Source of the DNA: Somniosus microcephalus
Taxonomy: Eukaryota
NCBI GenBank assembly: GCA_052327205.1
Contig: CM126230.1
Span: 29,326,001-29,390,000, forward strand
DNA: 64,000 nucleotides
Direction: 5' to 3'
This document shows, in pieces, positions 50,857-62,904 of this stretch. The notes beneath the pieces are model-generated. The model saw only the letters and a program-made list of their open reading frames with translations. It had not been told where the DNA came from and ran no database searches. Position 1 is the stretch's first letter, and every line of letters starts with the position of its first letter. The position numbers were made by a program, and so were the translations under genes.

Positions 50857-53049
50857 ATGCCTAAACACGGGAATATTAGCAACTTTGATAGTGACATCGA
50901 AGATTGGGCCATATATGTTGAACGAGTTAAAAATTATTGTAAGGCCAATAAAATTCATGAGGCTGATAAAGCACTAACATTATTAAATTTAATGGGTGCG
51001 AAGACATACGGGCAATTGAAACACCTGTTATCACCAGATGAACCGGCGGATAAGACGTTCGATGAGATTGTTACTGTCCTGAAAGATCATCTAAACCCCA
51101 CGCCGCTGATGCTAGCGGAACGATTTAAATTTTACGACAGAAGGCAGCTACAGCATGAAAGCAATGCTGATTATTTGCTGGAATTGCGTAAATTAGCGAA
51201 ATATTGCCAGTTTGGAACGGGACTGACAGAGGCACTTCGAGACAAATTTGTGTGTGGTTTATTTAAACAGGATACACAAAAGCGACTGCTCGAGGAGAAT
51301 GAGCTGACGCTTGAGAAGGCGGTCACTATGGCAGCAGCACACGAAGCCGCAGCGAGAGGCACGGCAGTAATGCAGCTACGGTCACCGGAGCTCAGTGCAC
51401 ACAAATTGGGTGTGAGTTCTGGCAAATGTTATCGTTGTGGAAAGACAACGCATGATCAGAACCAGTGTTGGGTTAAAAACCAAGAATGTAGAACTTGTGG
51501 TAGGCTTGGACATATAGCTAGAGTATGCAGGTCAGCGAAGAAGACCAGCAACAAGAAGTCACCGCAAGGAAAATACGCAAAGGTACACAAGGTGACCGAA
51601 CAGGAGTCCGATTCAGACGCTAGCAGTAATGAACTGGCTAGCTTAAGAGTACTCAACGCTGGTAAGGGTGCAGACCGCCAGACAATTTGGGTCACTCTTC
51701 AGATAGAAGGAGTCCAAGTAAAACTGGAATTGGACACTGGATCGGCATTGACGGTCATAAATAAGAAAGATTACGGAAAGTTATTCCAACATATTCCCCT
51801 ACAGGATACGGGGATTATATTGGAAACATACACGGGGCAAAGAGTGTACCCCATCGGGAAAATAGAGGTTGCAGTGGTCCACAAGGGCGAAGACAGTCAA
51901 ATAATGGACTTATATGTGATATCTGAAGGAGGTCCTCCACTACTAGGACGGGAGTGGATTAGGAAAATGAATATGGACTGGCATTTCCTACAAACAATAA
52001 CGAGTGAGAACTCGGTGAAGATAGTCGGCCCAGACTCTGGAACGGATGATGGTAAGCCCAACTCAGGTGCAAAAGACAAAGTTTCAGCACAGAATTCCAC
52101 TGAGCAACAACAACATAGTTTAACTGTGGATTCTGAGTCTGGCAAGTCTACTGATGTGCCCATTTCTGAGGGACACCGGGCTCGAACTCAACTCCATTTC
52201 AAACTACAACAGCAATTAGAACAAATGCTTCGCCGTTGTGAGCAAGAGTTGAATGCAACGAAAGAGTTCTTTGATATAGAGTTGGAGAATCTGGAAAGAC
52301 AACAGAAGCAGCTGATGGAGAAAATGGAGCAGGAGCACACAAAACGTCTGATGTCAGAGGAGTTAACGGTCAGCCAACTCCTGCATATGCTGAAGGACAG
52401 GACTCTGAAATGGGAAAAACTTGAACACGAACTTCAATATTCAAAGGAAAGGGGTTCGGAGCTATCAAAGGTTATTGGAAGAGCTGAGGTGGCAACACAG
52501 ACTGAGATGACTGCAACAGAGCAGCCCTTGGATGCCAAAAGTACGCTGACTCACGTCAACGTAGAACAACAGACCGCTGAAACAGCTGCTCCGGTAGAGG
52601 GATTGAATAGTCCGATCAATCAATCTCCAAAAGAAGTTGAAGTAGTAAAATCTCAAATGAGGTCATTAGTAAACGACTTGCTGAAAGCCCAGAAAAAGCT
52701 GGATGAAGAGGTACGCATGAAGAAGTCTCTTCAGGAAAGATGTCTGGACTTGGAACAAAAGCTGGCTAACGCCCAGCTGGGTATGGAGGAAATAGAAGAC
52801 CCTCTCGCTGGCCTAGATCAGGACGACACCGAATATTACTATGTCCTGTCCTGCCCAACTTGTAACTTCGACTCCCACCATACAGAAATCATGGAGGAGC
52901 ACCGAAAGTCTACGGAACATCGGGAGAAGGTGGCTCTACTACGGAAAAAGGAGGGAGAGAAGGAGGAACTGCGCATGCAGCTGGCAGCTGACAGTGGAGC
53001 CCAGAGAGTCTCCAAGAAGCAGAAAAGGAAAAGTCGAAACAGAAGATGA
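50857..53049 (+). CDS. 730-aa Gag-protease fused to STK10/SLK-like and optineurin-like coiled coils, a U1-type zinc finger and a basic tail
   Basis: Mag Gag ([19 protein letters not shown]), two CCHC knuckles 51427-51528, protease DTG 51733-51741 and LLGREW; host-like segments 52168-52350 and 52357-52764; CxxC-x12-H-x5-H 52852-52920. Confidence 0.92.
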   Translation: MPKHGNISNFDSDIEDWAIYVERVKNYCKANKIHEADKALTLLNLMGAKTYGQLKHLLSPDEPADKTFDEIVTVLKDHLNPTPLMLAERFKFYDRRQLQHESNADYLLELRKLAKYCQFGTGLTEALRDKFVCGLFKQDTQKRLLEENELTLEKAVTMAAAHEAAARGTAVMQLRSPELSAHKLGVSSGKCYRCGKTTHDQNQCWVKNQECRTCGRLGHIARVCRSAKKTSNKKSPQGKYAKVHKVTEQESDSDASSNELASLRVLNAGKGADRQTIWVTLQIEGVQVKLELDTGSALTVINKKDYGKLFQHIPLQDTGIILETYTGQRVYPIGKIEVAVVHKGEDSQIMDLYVISEGGPPLLGREWIRKMNMDWHFLQTITSENSVKIVGPDSGTDDGKPNSGAKDKVSAQNSTEQQQHSLTVDSESGKSTDVPISEGHRARTQLHFKLQQQLEQMLRRCEQELNATKEFFDIELENLERQQKQLMEKMEQEHTKRLMSEELTVSQLLHMLKDRTLKWEKLEHELQYSKERGSELSKVIGRAEVATQTEMTATEQPLDAKSTLTHVNVEQQTAETAAPVEGLNSPINQSPKEVEVVKSQMRSLVNDLLKAQKKLDEEVRMKKSLQERCLDLEQKLANAQLGMEEIEDPLAGLDQDDTEYYYVLSCPTCNFDSHHTEIMEEHRKSTEHREKVALLRKKEGEKEELRMQLAADSGAQRVSKKQKRKSRNRR

Positions 53050-53352
53050 CCCATCTGAACCATTATTACCTCTACCAGATCACACACGTGGTCCCTCCGA
53101 ACGGAGCCAATTCAGTTCGGAAGTTCAAACTGTTAAATCCATGGAAGGACTATTGAATGAGTCACTCCAGCAACGTGAACCGACTCCACCACAGAGATTG
53201 AATCTGTGAACTGTTTTCCGCAGAGACTGAATCTGTGATCTGTTTTGACATGAAGTTATCTATGTATCTATGTTATTCTGTTATGTAAACCTGAAGTTAT
53301 ATATGTATATATGTTATTACGTTATGTTAAATGGGGAGATGACTGTAAAGCT

Positions 53353-53365
53353 AGGAAGGGAGGAA
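53353..53365 (+). promoter_or_regulatory. Polypurine tract
   Basis: AGGAAGGGAGGAA abutting the 3' LTR. Confidence 0.9.
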
Positions 53366-53622
53366 TGTTGTGTATGTAATATGTGTGCTACTTTGAACCT
53401 ATGGACAGGACTGCACTACTTGTTGGGCGTAGTGATACGCAGTACCACTCCTGGCCATAGGGGTATAAATAGTACTGTGGGTACTGATCTCCCCTCAGTT
53501 CCCGCCTGTGGGCATGAAGTAAAGACCTATGTATAGTCCCTACCTCTAACCAGTAAAGACCTGTTTTATTGTTACTGATTAAGTCTGAGTATTAATTACT
53601 TGAACAACTCACAGATTTAACA
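53366..53622 (+). repeat. 3' LTR
   Basis: Identical to 50037-50293. Confidence 0.95.
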
Positions 53623-53737
53623 AGGAGATGGGGCAAAATTAGTATATGTTAATACTATCTAGGAGGCCTGTTTGCTTAAATCCAAATAGAGGTTTTTACT
53701 TTCAAGCCTTGATGAATTGCAGCATTTTTTAAATCCA

Positions 53738-56292
53738 TGTGGAGTACTGTATCGTGCTGAGAATGTGTGTGTTGTATGGGGAGTCCTGGGAAAGGAAGTG
53801 ATGTCATCAAAAGGTCAAAGGGGTTCTGCCATTTTGTCTGTGCTAGCCAATTGCTCTTTGTGTTGAGGCTCCTTAATAAAGTGCTTGTTCCTTTTATAAT
53901 TAGTGTCTGATTACTCCAGTGGTACAAATACATTACAATTGTTGAGCAACAGTCAAAACCTTGCTAAAAAGGATAAATTGGGTAAACTCCCACATTTTGA
54001 TATGAAAGGGGTCCATCACACAGCTGGTCAAAGATGGATGTAGTGAATTAGAGCATTTAGAGACATGAGCTAAACTATGCAAGATTAAGGTGTTAGGCAG
54101 TTCTTCCTTTCCCAGGGAATAGTGAACCTCTGGAATACATTGCCGGCCGGTGCGGTGGGTGCTTGAGTCTCTGGTCTCTGCCTGCCTTCAAGAGGGAGTT
54201 GGGCCGGTTCCTGACTGAGGCAGAGATCACATCATATAGAAGGTAAGTGGCTTTACAGACAATACACAGTCCATGTGATCTCCTGGCCTGGTTTCCTGGA
54301 TTTTTCTCAGTTTTTTTGCATCTCCCACAAGACTACATGACTGGGGGGCGGGCGGAGAGGAGTGTCTAGTCATGATTCTCCAGCCATCATGAGCGTGGGG
54401 CAGGCTTGATGGACCAGCTGGTCTTTGCCTGCCCGACATTTTATACTTAGCTAGCCGAGGTGTCACCTGTGAGGGGCAGAAGGAGGCTTGGCCTCTGCAC
54501 TCTGTGGGATTGGAAGTGCAAGAATTGTTCTTTACCTGCTGTACAGATGCAGACTCGCGTGGGTATGAGGGCCCTCTTGCTGTCTTGAACAATCATTTTG
54601 CACCTAAGGTCAGTGTAGAGTTTGAGAGGTATGTTTTCCACCAATACTGCCAGCAAGGTGGGGAAACTGTAGAGAGGTTTGTGTGCCAAATGGGCATCAT
54701 ACCTACAGAGTATTTTTGGCTTGGTGTAGTATAGCCCCAGCACTTCTGCCCGAATTAGTGACAGTTGCAGAAATCTTACAGTGGCTGACGAGAATGGGTA
54801 CACCTTTACATTGGGGGTCAAAGGCAGCAAGGAGCTTTGGAGGAAGGATTTTTGACCTAGTCCGTGGATTTGGCATCGTTAGCTCGAACTTCCAATAGTG
54901 ACAGATGTGAGTCTGATCAGATTAGGTGCGGTGCTGATGCAGAAACAGGAAGGCGCGTCGAGAGCCATCAGTTCGGCGGACAGGAGTTTGACCGATGTGG
55001 AAGGGCAGAGAGAAAAGGAGGCGTTGGCTGTGGTGTGGGCATGCGAGTGCTTCAACATTTGGCCAGGAGTTTGAATTGGACATGGGCCATGAGCCGTTGG
55101 CGCATCTTTACTCCAAAACATTGAAGGCTAAGGCTGAGTGTTGGGTTTTGCAATTACAGCCGTATGACTTCAAGGTGATTTACAGGCCAAGGAAACAAAG
55201 CCCTCCTGACCGGTGTTGGCCAGGAATGGACTGGGACACGGAACGAGTGTCCGAGCATCCAAGCGCTGCTGTGGTTCCCAAATGGTAGCGCCAAGTGCAC
55301 AGTGGCAGGATCTGGCGATGGACCTTATGGGACTTCTACTCAGTGGCAAAGATTTGCTGGTAGACGTGGACTACTACAGTCCTGCGAACTGACAATGGTA
55401 GGCAATTTGTGGCTGAAGGGTTTAAACAATTTGTGGAGGAATAAGGCGTGAAACATTGAATTATAGCCCCGCACTGGCCATAGCCAAATGATTAGGAGTG
55501 GCCAAATGGGATTCTAATGAAGGCGCTACAAGTGGTGCAGGCGGAAAGCAAAGATTGGAAGCAGGAAATGGTAACCCTGCAGACAGCAATGGGTGTGACT
55601 CCAACTCTGTTAATGTTTGGATGCAAGTTGCGGATGAAGTTGCCAGAACTACGGCACATTGGCCAGATGAGGGCTATCGAGATCAGACACAGAAGCACAA
55701 AGTGAAGGGAAGGCATGTGGCTGCCACTGTGGAACCTCAAGCAAGGTTAAGGTTGGCGATCAGGTTTTGGTGAAGGTGCTGAAAACAGGTAAAAGGTAAA
55801 CCCGAACTCCACACTGCAGTGAGGAGAGAAGGAGAAGTCCCCAGCCAGGGTGAATTTTAAGCAGAACATGTCCCTTGTAAAGAAGTGGGCGGGAGAGGCG
55901 GATGATCAGTCAGGGAACAAAGCTGGAGGGAAACGGTTGCAGATGGATAAGGAAGAAGAGTAGGTGCTGAAGGAAAATCGTGAAGGGAGACCAGAGGTGA
56001 GTTGTCAGGAAGGGTCTCAGTTAAGAGGGAAAACTCGTTGGGTCAAGGACTTTGTGATGATTGAGTGAAGCAAAAATAAGGGAGGGATGTAGAGCACTGT
56101 ATAGTACTGAGCATGTGCGGGTTGAGTGGGGAGCTCTGGGAAAGGAAGTGATGATGTAAAATGGTGGAAGGGCTTCTACCATTTTGTTTGTGTCTTGCAT
56201 TTTACTGTGTGTGTGTGTTGAAGCTACAAAATAAAGTGTTTGTTCCTTTGATGATAAGGGTCTGAACACTCCAGCAGTACCAATACACTACA
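53738..56292 (+). mobile_element. Old, heavily decayed Gypsy LTR retrotransposon
   Basis: Diverged LTR pair 53738-53937 / 56088-56292; PPT 56078-56087; flanks ATCCA/ATCAA; remnants of Gag (HFAPKVSVEFERYVF), RNase H (EKEALAVVWACE, WVLQLQPYDFKVIYRP) and integrase (WQDLAMDLMG, VDYYS). Confidence 0.8.
54060..54450 (+). mobile_element. CR1-type LINE 3' fragment nested in the old Gypsy
   Basis: GIVNLWNTLPAGAV-like ORF2 end and tail GGCTTGATGGACCAGCTGGTCTT. Confidence 0.55.
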
Positions 56293-56334
56293 ATCAAGCT
56301 TGGTGAAGTTATCAGACTCGATTTCAAGTCATGT

Positions 56335-56430
56335 GGAGTTGAGGTAGAAGATCAGCCATGATATTGAATGGTGGAGCAGGCTCGAGGGGCCGAATGGCCG
56401 ACTCCTGCTCCTATTTCTTATGTTCTTGTG
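56335..56430 (+). mobile_element. CR1/HER1-type 3' tail
   Basis: GATCAGCCATGATATTGAATGGTGGAGCAGGCTCGAGGGGCCGAATGGCCGACTCCTGCTCC. Confidence 0.75.
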
Positions 56431-59204
56431 TGGCCCACAAGCAGGAAAGTTTGAAATTTAGACAGCGGAACAAATGTTCTGATCTGGATTATCAGGTTGC
56501 AGATAATTGAAAGAAATGAATCATCCATTGTTGTCTGTGCAGATGTCTCGAACATTCTGGAGGAATTGATGATCTTTTTCTGGATACTTTGGACACTGAT
56601 TATGTCTCCTATCGGAGTGGGAGCTGTGCGCTCCACAAAGTGTTGTGACAGGCCTGAGAGATGAAGCGGTAGTCTGGTGACGGGACTGAATGTGAGAAAA
56701 TCCATTGGAAGTGTACTGCGGCCTGCTCTGATTATGATCAGTCCTTTTGCCAGTTCAAAGCTTTTTCTCCAGATAAAGCCCCAAGCTGATGCAATAGCAA
56801 CACTTATATTTTTTCACTTTTAAACACATGGTCCTTCAAAGGCACCACAACTAACACCTTCACAGATTGCATAACCAGTTGGCAACAAATTTTATAAAAA
56901 GTCTACTTGCATTCAGGTTTTGAAGGCTGGAGTATGTCAAAAATAACCCAAAGTGTCATACTTCAAACTCTGAGCCAAAATTTTCTTTGTGGTAAAGAAA
57001 AATAACAGCAGACGCCTTTTTGATTTATCATCTGTTTATCCCAAATCATCTATATCTCGCCACCTTAAGCTCTCTGATGTGGTCTGCTGCTCCTAAGTAA
57101 TGTAGCTCCAGTTTGAGCACATTTCTGGCCGTGCTTGAATTTTGGCAAATCACCTCACTGAGAGGACCACACCACCTCAGAAAGCTTCACACTGTTGAAC
57201 TCTCCTGGGCTCTGCCAAGAATGTATAGGATTGTAATAGTTTGTAATAGTTTCTGTCTCTTAATACTCGGCGAACACAACAAGCCTTGAATTTGACAGAC
57301 ATGGAGAATGTAATGGTGCCATCCACTCTGCCCTTCTGTCTGATATTATGATTGCTTCACAAACGTGCCCTATTATTTTAGAATTTAATTTTTTCTGCTG
57401 ATTTAAGGTGAAGGGATGCAAGTGCTGGGGAGCTGGATGCTCATCCATTTTTTTTGCGCTCTGGATACACATCAAGGTCGGGCAAAGTTTGCATTAAATG
57501 TAGAGTAACTCTCTACTGTGCCTTAACCCCTAACTTCAGAAGAGGAACTTCTTCTGCTCCATGATATGGACTTAAATGATCAAGGGCCTTGGGACTTGAT
57601 GCTTCATGTGACGTGGGGCTGGGAGGTGATGGTGTCTTTGGCAAAATGGGGATGACTAAATACTCTGGAGTTTTACTTTGATTACCTCAGGTGATGAAGG
57701 AGTATTTATGCAGTGATGACAAAGATAGGTTCAGATGAAGAAATCTATTCTCTCCACTTGATCTCATCCTTTCAGAATACCAGAGAAAGCAATAGATATC
57801 TTATACTGTACATGGTCCATGCAAGCACAGGGCTTTTGATGAGCATTTTCCCTATCTATACTTGAAGTTCCTAAGTATTCTTGAAGGCAACCCCAAAAGA
57901 CTTTCTTCAGCAGAGCTTGGAGGTTCCATCAAATTTTTTTAGCTAACGTTTCTAAATTATATATGCCAATTTTTTTTTTGTTAATGTTTAATTGTGCTGT
58001 TTCCTGAAATGAAATAAAAGACAAGCCCTTGTTACTCTTTTCAGACAACCCTCACTTTGACTGTCAAGTTCCTCGGGTGCCCTACAGAATTCACATTGAT
58101 TACACTAGGTGGCAATTTTTTCCAGACATCAACTGCAAAAAAGTTCTTGCTCAATCTTGGCTGAGGCGGTAGTGTTGTTCATTTTAACAGCATGTCCTTT
58201 GGTCCTCCATTCCTGTTTTGATTCAAAGAATTTACTGGCTCTAAATTAATCTGCTCCTTTTATTATTTTGGAAACCCAAATTATAATCCCCTTTACCCTG
58301 TATTTTACTGAAAAGAAATCAATTTAGCCTGTTTCCACAGGAGAGTGATTGAAGCCTGGGAATCATCATTCTCAAACTCTGATGTGCATCTTATTTATAC
58401 CCATCAGGTACTGTTCCAATATATTAAAAGGTGAAGCTACAACAATCTCCAAACCATGCCCACGGCTATTTGTCTTGTAATTGAAATAAATATTTTTGAA
58501 AAGAAGCACAATATTCCATTTTATTTTTTTAATTATTGTTCAGTCTCAGACAGAGTAGCAGAAGGTTGTCGATTAATTGACCACTTCTATGGAAGAGAGG
58601 ATTTCTTCACAGCAAACACGACAACATGTAACACACTTATGTTTAAATTCACGGACAAAATAACACTCCACTAATAAACTGGCTACGAAAGCTTAGAAAG
58701 GTCAAATAGAGTGTGTGTTCTGTCAGAAGCAAATAGAAAATCCTCCAATAACTTATTAAGGTGCGTGACAAGATCAAAACATGCTGGGTAGATGTAGCCT
58801 CATGGGTAAACCTGTTCACAATGGAACTATTCAATTTATAGCGGGACTCGTTTTAATTAGCTTTAATTATTTACCAGGTAAGAACAAACAACTTAATACT
58901 TTTGGTGTTATATATTCCAATATCAAATCACAAGAAAAGTCCACATACTAATTAAATAATTTTCTTTGTCAAAAATTATTAGGGAAATTAACACTTGATT
59001 GCACAAACTTGTTAATTTCTTGATGTGTAATAATAACCCGACTGCCCAGAGACTCCTGCTCCTTTTCTACCTGAAACAGGTAGATGAGATTTAGTGATCT
59101 GTAACCCCTGCCATTGTGAAGAAATTGAATTATTCCTGATATTTGTGTGTTCCCACATTGTAATGTTTGTTTTTAAGAAAATGGTTTTATCTGCATCATT
59201 CTGA

Positions 59205-59530
59205 AACCTCTTCCAGTCCTACAACCCTCCGAGAACTCTGCATGCCTCCAATTCTGACCTCTTGTGCATTCCTCACTTCCTTCACTCCTCTATTGGTGGC
59301 CGTGCCTTCACTGTCTAGGCCCTAAGCTCCGGAATTCCCACTCTCAAGCTCTCTGCCTCATTACTCCTTTATGATGCCAATTAAAACCTATCTCTTTTGA
59401 CCAAGCTTTTGGTTGCCTGCCCTAATATCCCCTTATGTGGCTAGGTGTCAAATTTTGTCTGATAATGCACCCGTGAAGCACCTTGGGATGTTTTACTACA
59501 TTAAAGGCGCTATATGAATGCAAGTTGTTG
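59205..59530 (+). mobile_element. L2 LINE 3' fragment
   Basis: Reverse-complement match to 11632-12135; ends AATGCAAGTTGTTG. Confidence 0.75.
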
Positions 59531-60799
59531 TACTGTTGCACAATATCCACATTAAGCCCAATTCCCTGATCATTTGCCCAGCTATTGAGCTTTCTCCATA
59601 TCCTTTTGAACAGTATTTATATGCAGAAATGTTCCAGTTTCAATCCCCTTGTGTAGGTTGTTTAGGTAGATTGTGAAAAGTATATATGCAAGCAGTGATA
59701 CCTTGGGAACAGCATTATTCCCTTCTTTCAGTGTGAATTTATAACTGCTCTCCATGTCCCATTGTCTTGCTATCTATTTCACAATGTTGGCACTAATTCC
59801 ATGAGCTCTCATCTTTGCTGTCAATCTCTTGTGAGGTATTTTTCTAAATACCTCTTGCAAGCCAAGTTACATATTTATTGGATTGCCCCCATCTGAAACC
59901 TTATTCACATCTCCAAAAAAGTGCAGTAAATTTGTACAGTTTAATCTTTACTCAAATATCGGCTTTCATTTATCAGATTTGTTTTTCTGGGCATTCCTCA
60001 CGATACTATGTAATGATGTCAAATTTTTTCTGCTAGCATTGTTGGCTTATTAGATCATTTCCAGGGTTGTTCCTCTCATTTTTTGCAGAGACTAATGGAA
60101 CAATCACATGCATGTGTTTGGAGCAGTGCGCAACCAGTATTGAGAGTTCCTGGAATGGCATCAAGATGACTGAAGCACAGCTTTCCAGGTTAGTCAGTGG
60201 AGCCACCCATAGATGTACCTTTAACATACCTCACTGGACTGTCTCGTCGTGTGAGTGGAGAACTTGAATGGTGTGTCTCAATGAGTGGGAAATCAATAAC
60301 TCAAACAGTAAAGGCGTATAGTAGGATTGTTCTTCAATCCACAAACAAAATGAGTGGGACATCAGGGATTGTGTAGAGAAGACAATTATTAAAACAGGAG
60401 ATGGCATAGGGGGAGTACATTCAGTATAAAGGTTGTTTTGTTATTGATTTCTGTCCCATGGGTTTCCTTCATGATCCATTTGAAAATTACCGCTTACCTC
60501 GATCTGTGACTTGATTCTCATTCACTCTTTCGAGGCACAAACCTATTATGAACAGAACCAAAGCATTTCTTCATATTCTCCTTTAAGTCTATCAAAATGT
60601 ATTTTTATAATTTCTGGTTTTCTTTCCTAAAAGATAGTTTCATAATCCTCAGCTGATATTCCTATTTTATTTTAACCTCTTGGTTCTTTATGCCATTGTC
60701 CATTATGCTTCCTTTTACCTCTGTACTCTGGCTGACTTTTATTTTGCTTTTCAGTACCTCTAATATATCGTGCGGACAATATTTATTTTTTAGCTTTTT

Positions 60800-61130
60800 T
60801 GTTCATTTATGGGATCAGGACGTCACTGGCAAGGCCAGCATTTATTGCCCATCCCTAGTTGCCCTTGAGAAGGTGGTGGTGAGCCGCTTTCTTGAACCGC
60901 TGCAGTCAGTGTGGTGATGGTACTCCCACAGTGCTGTCAGGGAGGGAGTTCCAGGAATTTGACCCAGCGACGATGAAGGATCGGCGATATACTTCTAAGT
61001 CAGGATGGTGTGTGACTTGCGAGGGGAACTTGGAGGTGGTGGTGTTCCCATGCGCCTGCTGCCCTTGTCCGTCTAGGTGGAAGAGGTCGTGGGTTTGGGA
61101 GGTGCTGCCGAAGAAGCCTTGGCGAGTTGC
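60800..61130 (-). mobile_element. LINE 3' fragment (clade not determined)
   Basis: Minus strand GLQRFKKAAHHHLLK-like ORF end then GGGCAACTAGGGATGGGCAATAAATG tail. Confidence 0.6.
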
Positions 61131-61678
61131 TTACTGAAGCAGTTCCCCAACACCTACTCCCACCCCTCTTGCTGTTGAAAATGCTTGCTCATATTTCAGA
61201 AGAGTTACTTTTGTCAGATCAGTTGGGAAACAGTGGTTCACCTGCATATGGTTTGGAATTATTTGTGTTCTACCATTACCTTTGCCAATAGCTGGGATGG
61301 TCTGCACAGGCCAGTGGTGGCAAACCCACTTTCTCCCCTGGACGGAGATGGGTGGGAGTACTTCAACACTCAGTCCTTTGGCTGCGATGTTTTTTGTGGC
61401 TGCCTCGATGGTGGTGTTTGTGTTGCAGATTGATTTGGTTCTGGTTGCTTGGAAACAATGCACCTATTTTGAAAGCACACAGTCCCCATTGGCATCAACA
61501 CTGCTGCTAACTACAGCAAACTCCTGCTTTAAATGGGATCAACCTGTAACATCTCGTGAAACACGAGCTGTTTCTCCCTAGATGCTCTTGTGATCTGCCT
61601 TTTCCGACTTCTTCGGTTATCCTCATAGTATTAAAATCTGATCTTCTCAATATGCCTGGCACCCTGATTTTAAATATT

Positions 61679-62405
61679 GGGGCAGAAATTCCGATCCCTA
61701 CAGGTGAGTACGCGCTGTGTACCCACCCGTAGGCACATCGGAAATGCCGGTTTCAGGCATGCGCTGGAAACCGGCATTTCCGATCTGTCAAGAAACTCTT
61801 GACAGATCCTCCAGCTGCCCGGGAGAAGGGCCTCTGCTGGCGGAGAGTTCCGTTTTTTGGAGACCCTCCGCCCGCAGAAAACACTTACAATTCTTACGCC
61901 TGGTAAAGGCCTGCTTTTACCAGGATAAGAGTTGAAAAAAGTAAAAAAAATTTTCCACTGATTTATCATTTAAAAATACTTTAAAGAAAGGTAAGTTTAT
62001 TTTTAGCCCCGTTAAAAACTTGTATTTTTTTCAAAATTAAAATTTTTGTTTAAAATAGTTAATTTATGTAATTTCAAGTCATTTTAAAAATGTGATTTAA
62101 AAAAAAAATTATTTAAAGTTTTACTATGTTTTTGGGGGTGATCTCCATTCATATATTTGACAGGTCTTCCTATCAAATGTATTAAGGGAGATTCCCTTCT
62201 CTGATTGGCTCCCCATGGCCCACGTGATCCCAGGGACGCTGCGAACCGCCTGCGCCTCTGGGATACGTGGGCCCTGTGCACTGGCAGTTTGGAGAGGCCC
62301 AGCAGCGGAACTCTGCACCTCCCGGGAGCCCTCCGGTCCAGGCACGGATTTTTCCAGCTCGTGGCCCTCCGCCCGTGGGAGGTCTGCGAACTGAATTTCT
62401 GGGCC
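61679..62405 (+). mobile_element. Non-autonomous Harbinger-type element, family B
   Basis: TSD ATT (61676-61678, 62406-62408); ends GGGGCAGAAATTC / GAATTTCTGGGCC. Confidence 0.85.
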
Positions 62406-62464
62406 ATTAAATCCAATGTTACATGAGCTCTGCTCCGCTGATACATGTGCTGTGTTAAGATCCT

Positions 62465-62705
62465 CAGCTGCAGTTGCCTGGGCCCTAAGCTCTGGAATTC
62501 CCTGCCTAAACCTCTCCGCCTCTCTACCGCTCTTTCCTCCTTTAAGATGCGCCTTAGATACCTCTTTCATCAAGCTTTGGTCTCCTGCCCTAATATCTCC
62601 TTACGTGGCTCGGAGTCAAATTCTGTTTGATAATGCTCCTGTGAAGCACCTTGGGACGATTCACTACGTTAAAGGCACTATAGAAATGCAAGTTGTTGTT
62701 GTTAC
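62465..62705 (+). mobile_element. L2 LINE 3' fragment
   Basis: CLGPKLWNSLPKPLRLSTALSSFK, then (GTT)n tail. Confidence 0.8.
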
Positions 62706-62904
62706 TTCGATCTTCTTCTCAGTGGCCTTTGTTCTACCTCACTTTAATACCAGACAGTTGCAGTTGCTCATGATTACAATTGCTCCACTTTTATTTGCCT
62801 TTGGTATTTGCTTAGCAGTTCCAGTTCAGCTTGTTTATCCTGGAGTCTGGACCAATTCCACTGCTCCTGTTGTTGTGTTCAGCCATAACTGATTTGGACA
62901 TTAT

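Larger units (their letters stand above)
50037..53622 (+). mobile_element. Young non-autonomous Mag-clade Gypsy LTR retrotransposon carrying captured host sequences
   Basis: Identical 257-bp TG...CA LTRs, 5-bp TSD AGGAG (50032-50036, 53623-53627), PBS, PPT, one intact ORF, no RT/RH/IN. Confidence 0.95.

Noticed and set aside
50280-50912. 210-aa antisense ORF across the LTR element leader
   Set aside because: GC-rich repetitive sequence with few stops and no recognisable domain; revisit only if conserved among copies
59580-60500. Faint Penelope-RT-like words on the minus strand (GTSMGG, FLE)
   Set aside because: Too degenerate to support without a profile search
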